The translations under genes and the position numbers were made by a program. The notes beneath the pieces were generated by a model. It was not told the origin of the DNA. It did not search any database and worked only from the letters and a program-made list of their open reading frames with translations. A DNA stretch of 38,897 bases from contig CAVYCN010000015.1 in assembly GCA_963767005.1 (NCBI GenBank), forward strand, positions 1 to 38,897, written 5' to 3'. Source of the stretch: an uncultured Actinomycetes bacterium. GTDB taxonomy: Bacteria; Actinomycetota; Thermoleophilia; UBA2241. Of this stretch, positions 35,769 through 38,897 are shown piece by piece; the first letter of the stretch is position 1; each line of letters begins with the position of its first letter.

Positions 35769-37121
35769 TCAGTGCACCCTCACCTTGACGATCTGCGTGT
35801 AGGCCCAGAACGCCGAGCCCTTGTACTTCAGGACGTACCAGGTCGTGCGCGTGGGGTGCAGGTAGGGGGTCACGAACTTGCCGGACTTGATCTTGCAGGT
35901 ACCCACCTTGTGCCAGCCCCCGGAGGGCGTGAGCGACGCGGGCTGGTTGGTGACCTTCTTGGTGATCGCGTAGATCGTGGCCGTACCGCCGCCCGGCACC
36001 TTGCCGCTCAGCCGCACGGCGTGACCGACCCGGACGCTGCTCGCCGAGGCCTTGCACGCGGTGACCTGATAGAGGTCCCACAGGTCGAGCAGGCTCGGCG
36101 TGTCGCTGCGGTAGGTGTCGATCTCGTACACGCCGACCGGTGCCTTCGAGTAGACCTTCAGAGACTTCGTGTACGTCGCGGTCGGGTCGGCAGAGGTGAC
36201 CGACAGGCTGTTGTAGCCGCCGTAGAACGTGCTCAGCTCAGGGCCGTACCAGGCCTCGAAGCTGGCCGTCTGCCCGGCCGGCCAGCCCTGGAGCACCATG
36301 GTAAGCGCGCGTCCGGGCGCGCCCGAGTGCCAGCACAGCGGCCCGTCGATCCACGACCACTGAGAATTGTTCCAGTCCAGGTTGACGGTGCTGCCGGCCG
36401 TGCCACCGGCGCTGACGGCCATGGGCGTGCCGAGCCACTCTGCGGCGCCCCACACCATGTCGTAGCCGGCCGTCGGGTAGTTCAGGTAGTAGCCGTAGGC
36501 GGTGAGGTCGTTGAAGTCGGTCGCGGGCAGGACGCTGGCGGTACCGGCGTTGCCTGCGAGCGACACGTCCGCGCGGGCATATCCCTCGTCGCCATTGCCG
36601 GCCCTCACCTCGACCTGCGCGTCGGCCGGCACGTTGGCGAGCGTCATGTTCACCTGGCCGGGCTGCATCTGGTAGCTGTACGACGGGTCGTTGTTCGTGG
36701 CGAAGTCGAGCGACCAGTCGAAGAGCACGTTGAGCCCGGAGCCGCTCGGGTAGTAGACGTCGAGCTCGTCGCTCGCCAGGCTGTTGAACGTGTGTCCGCC
36801 CGAGATGCCGGTGAAGCTGAAGTCGCCCGCCGCGTCGGTCGGATAGTAGTACTCGCCGTAGTTGTAGCCGGTGGCGTCGGTCCAGAAGCCCCAGTCGACC
36901 GCGGCGTTCTGCACGCCCGAGCCGTTGAAGTCGAGGACGTGGCCGCTGATGTTGTACGGCCCGGTGTCGCCCACCGGCGCGAAAGCCCGGGCGTGCGAGG
37001 CGAGGCCCAGCGGCCGGGCGTTGACGTCGGAGTGGTGGGCGCCGACCGAGGCAAACGCGGCGGGCGCCAGCACGAGGCTGACGGCGAGCGCGGCGGCGGC
37101 ACAGAGCATCAGACGCTTCAT
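35769..37121 (-). CDS. Secreted beta-sandwich-rich hypothetical protein (paralog 1); carboxypeptidase-regulatory-like N-terminal domain
   Basis: GGAGG RBS, signal peptide MKRLMLCAAAALAVSLVLAPAAFA, ISGHVLDF.G..V....TDAAGDFSFTGI, and a Lys-rich C-terminal domain. Confidence 0.88.
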   Translation of the reverse strand: MKRLMLCAAAALAVSLVLAPAAFASVGAHHSDVNARPLGLASHARAFAPVGDTGPYNISGHVLDFNGSGVQNAAVDWGFWTDATGYNYGEYYYPTDAAGDFSFTGISGGHTFNSLASDELDVYYPSGSGLNVLFDWSLDFATNNDPSYSYQMQPGQVNMTLANVPADAQVEVRAGNGDEGYARADVSLAGNAGTASVLPATDFNDLTAYGYYLNYPTAGYDMVWGAAEWLGTPMAVSAGGTAGSTVNLDWNNSQWSWIDGPLCWHSGAPGRALTMVLQGWPAGQTASFEAWYGPELSTFYGGYNSLSVTSADPTATYTKSLKVYSKAPVGVYEIDTYRSDTPSLLDLWDLYQVTACKASASSVRVGHAVRLSGKVPGGGTATIYAITKKVTNQPASLTPSGGWHKVGTCKIKSGKFVTPYLHPTRTTWYVLKYKGSAFWAYTQIVKVRVH

Positions 37122-37317
37122 GGACCCTCCCCAGGTGTTCACCGGGCGCGCCGGCCACCGAGCCCGCGCGGCCCCTCCGCCGCCCATCCTAGACCTCGTA
37201 GCGCCATGGCGCATAGACGCGCAAGCCGAAAGCGTTGCCGAGAGTGGCCCGCGCGCGCGCGCGAGCACGCCGCACTGAACGCGAAAGGCAGGGCCGAGGG
37301 CGAAGGGATCGGGTCGC

Positions 37318-37363
37318 GGCGGCGGCGGGGCGGGCGGCTCATGCCGCCCGCCCCGCCGCCGCC
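37318..37363 (-). terminator. Perfect 21-bp hairpin after paralog 2
   Basis: GGCGGCGGCGGGGCGGGCGGC-TCAT-GCCGCCCGCCCCGCCGCCGCC. Confidence 0.7.
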
Positions 37364-37373
37364 CCGCGGAAGG

Positions 37374-38693
37374 TCAGCGCACCGCGACCTTGCAGACGCC
37401 GGTGAACGCCGGGAAGTCGTAGCCGGTGTACTTGACGACGTACCAAGTGGTACGCGTCGGGTGCAGGTACGCGGTCGTGAACTTGCCGGACTTGAGCTTG
37501 CAGGAGGCGACCTTGTGCCAGCCCTTGGCGGCCAGGGTCGAAGGTGCGACGGTCGCCTTGTGCGTGGTCGCGTAGACGATCACGGTGCCGCCGCCCGGCA
37601 CCTTGCCGCTCAGCCGCACCGTGTGGCCATCCTTGATGCTGCTCGCCGAAGCCTTGAGCGTGCAGACCTGGTAGACGTCCCACAGGTCGACCATGCTGTC
37701 GACGTTGTCGGCGCGATTGGTGTCGATCTCGTAGAGACCGACCGGAGCCTTCGCGTTCACCGCGAGGCTCTCGGAGATCACGTCGGTCGGGCCGAGCGAG
37801 GTGACCGTCTTCCCCGGATACGAATAGACGTTGTCGTTGCTGTCGAACCCGTAGAAGTCGGCCTGCTCGCTCGCGGGCCAGCCGCTGAGCTCCAGCGTGA
37901 CGGCACGCCCAGCGGGGCCGGAGTGGCGACACTGCGGGCCGGTGAAGAACGCCCTGAGCGGCGCTCCCCAATCGAGGGTGACGCCTGGCGCTGTGGCACC
38001 GCCGGCCACGCTAACCGGCGAGGTACCGAGCCACTCCACCTCGGAGCGGATGGCATAGGGTGCCGACGACAGGTACGGCACCGCGTAGGCGATGACATCG
38101 TCGAAGTCGCTGAGCGGCAGGACGCTGGCTGTGGCCTGGCCGCCGGTGACCTGCACGTCGGCCAGAGCGTAGCCGTGCTCGCTGTTGCCGGCCTGCACCT
38201 CGACGAGGCCGTCGGCCGGCGGGTTGTCGAACGTGAGCGGTACGGCGCCGGGCTGCATCGTGTAGTCGCTGGTCGCGGCGAAGTCGAGCGACCAGTCGTC
38301 CATCTCGATGAGGGCCGCACTCGCGCCCTGCGGGAGCGGGTAGTCGATGTCGAGCTCGTCGCGGGGCTTGCCGTCGACCGTGTTGCCGCCGGGGATGTTG
38401 TCGAACTCGAAATGGCCGCTTGCGTCGGTCAAGGTGTAGCCGCCGAACGTGTAGCCGAGGGCATCGCTGTCGAAGCTCCAGCTGGTCTCAGCGTTCTGGA
38501 TGGCCGCGCCGCCGAAGTCGAGCACGTGGCCCTGGATGCTGTACGGGCCGGTGATCGCAAGCGGCGCGAAGGCGTGCACCGGGTGCCCCAGGTGCGACGT
38601 GACGTGCGCGGCGCGGCTCGAAGCCAGAGCGGCGGGCGCGAGCGCCAACCCGACCGCGAGCGCGATCGCGGCGCACAGGATGAGACGTTTCAT
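37374..38693 (-). CDS. Secreted beta-sandwich-rich hypothetical protein (paralog 2)
   Basis: Signal peptide MKRLILCAAIALAVGLALAPAALA. Colinear similarity to 35769..37121 (TGPY.I.GHVLDF.G, DWSLDFA, MQPG, ASVLP..DF.D, VRLSGKVPGGGT, YLHPTRTTWYV.KY). Confidence 0.9.
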   Translation of the reverse strand: MKRLILCAAIALAVGLALAPAALASSRAAHVTSHLGHPVHAFAPLAITGPYSIQGHVLDFGGAAIQNAETSWSFDSDALGYTFGGYTLTDASGHFEFDNIPGGNTVDGKPRDELDIDYPLPQGASAALIEMDDWSLDFAATSDYTMQPGAVPLTFDNPPADGLVEVQAGNSEHGYALADVQVTGGQATASVLPLSDFDDVIAYAVPYLSSAPYAIRSEVEWLGTSPVSVAGGATAPGVTLDWGAPLRAFFTGPQCRHSGPAGRAVTLELSGWPASEQADFYGFDSNDNVYSYPGKTVTSLGPTDVISESLAVNAKAPVGLYEIDTNRADNVDSMVDLWDVYQVCTLKASASSIKDGHTVRLSGKVPGGGTVIVYATTHKATVAPSTLAAKGWHKVASCKLKSGKFTTAYLHPTRTTWYVVKYTGYDFPAFTGVCKVAVR

Positions 38694-38762
38694 GAGGCCC
38701 CCCTTTTGAACGTATATCGGCCGCGCCCACGTCCGAGCCCGCGCAGCCTCCGGTTGCCTCAG

Positions 38763-38790
38763 ATACTAGCCACATAAGAAGAGAATGCAA
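38763..38790 (-). promoter_or_regulatory. Putative sigma70 promoter of paralog 2
   Basis: TTGCAT-N16-TAGTAT within an AT-rich patch. Confidence 0.5.
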
Positions 38791-38897
38791 TACGGTGTGT
38801 CGCCCCTCTTTCCGCAGGCTCGCCACCGCGCGTAACTCTTCCCTTCGCCCTCCCCCACCGCGCCCCGCGCCACCGCTGGGGCCTGCACCCCGCGCGC

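Noticed and set aside
1-38897. CRISPR arrays, IS elements, prophage genes, rRNA
   Set aside because: No regularly spaced repeats, transposase/integrase motifs, phage structural genes or rRNA-like sequence were seen.

Overview
Very high-GC bacterial chromosomal window. Gene content and style suggest Actinomycetota, possibly Thermoleophilia-like (inference). From left to right: (1) tRNA-Arg(CCG); (2) a minus-strand respiratory complex iron-sulfur molybdoenzyme operon (Tat-exported catalytic subunit, DmsB/PsrB-type Fe-S subunit, NrfD anchor, TorD/DmsD chaperone, polyferredoxin, pterin-carbinolamine dehydratase), preceded by a Moco-riboswitch-like RNA and an FNR-like palindrome; (3) core ftsE-ftsX-S41 protease-rnr-smpB; (4) a polar amino-acid ABC importer downstream of an MIO ammonia-lyase carrying Ala-Cys-Gly instead of Ala-Ser-Gly; (5) lipoprotein plus MFS, and DUF72; (6) a saccharopine/carboxyspermidine-dehydrogenase-like gene plus APC permease, divergent from a leaderless BldC-like HTH-GAF regulator; (7) an ABC-2 exporter; (8) an accessory stretch with a cupin, an MBL-fold protein, an unknown two-repeat protein coupled to a papain-like Cys protease, a Fic protein with an operator, TetR, an FmdB zinc ribbon and a secreted serpin; (9) two tandem paralogous secreted proteins. 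Frameshifts cluster at about 1-1300 and 27700-35100 and may be sequencing errors. No CRISPR array, rRNA, tmRNA, transposase or integrase was seen. Best candidates for something undescribed are the riboswitch-led molybdoenzyme with a His-ligated FS0 motif, the repeat-protein/protease pair and the Cys-MIO lyase.
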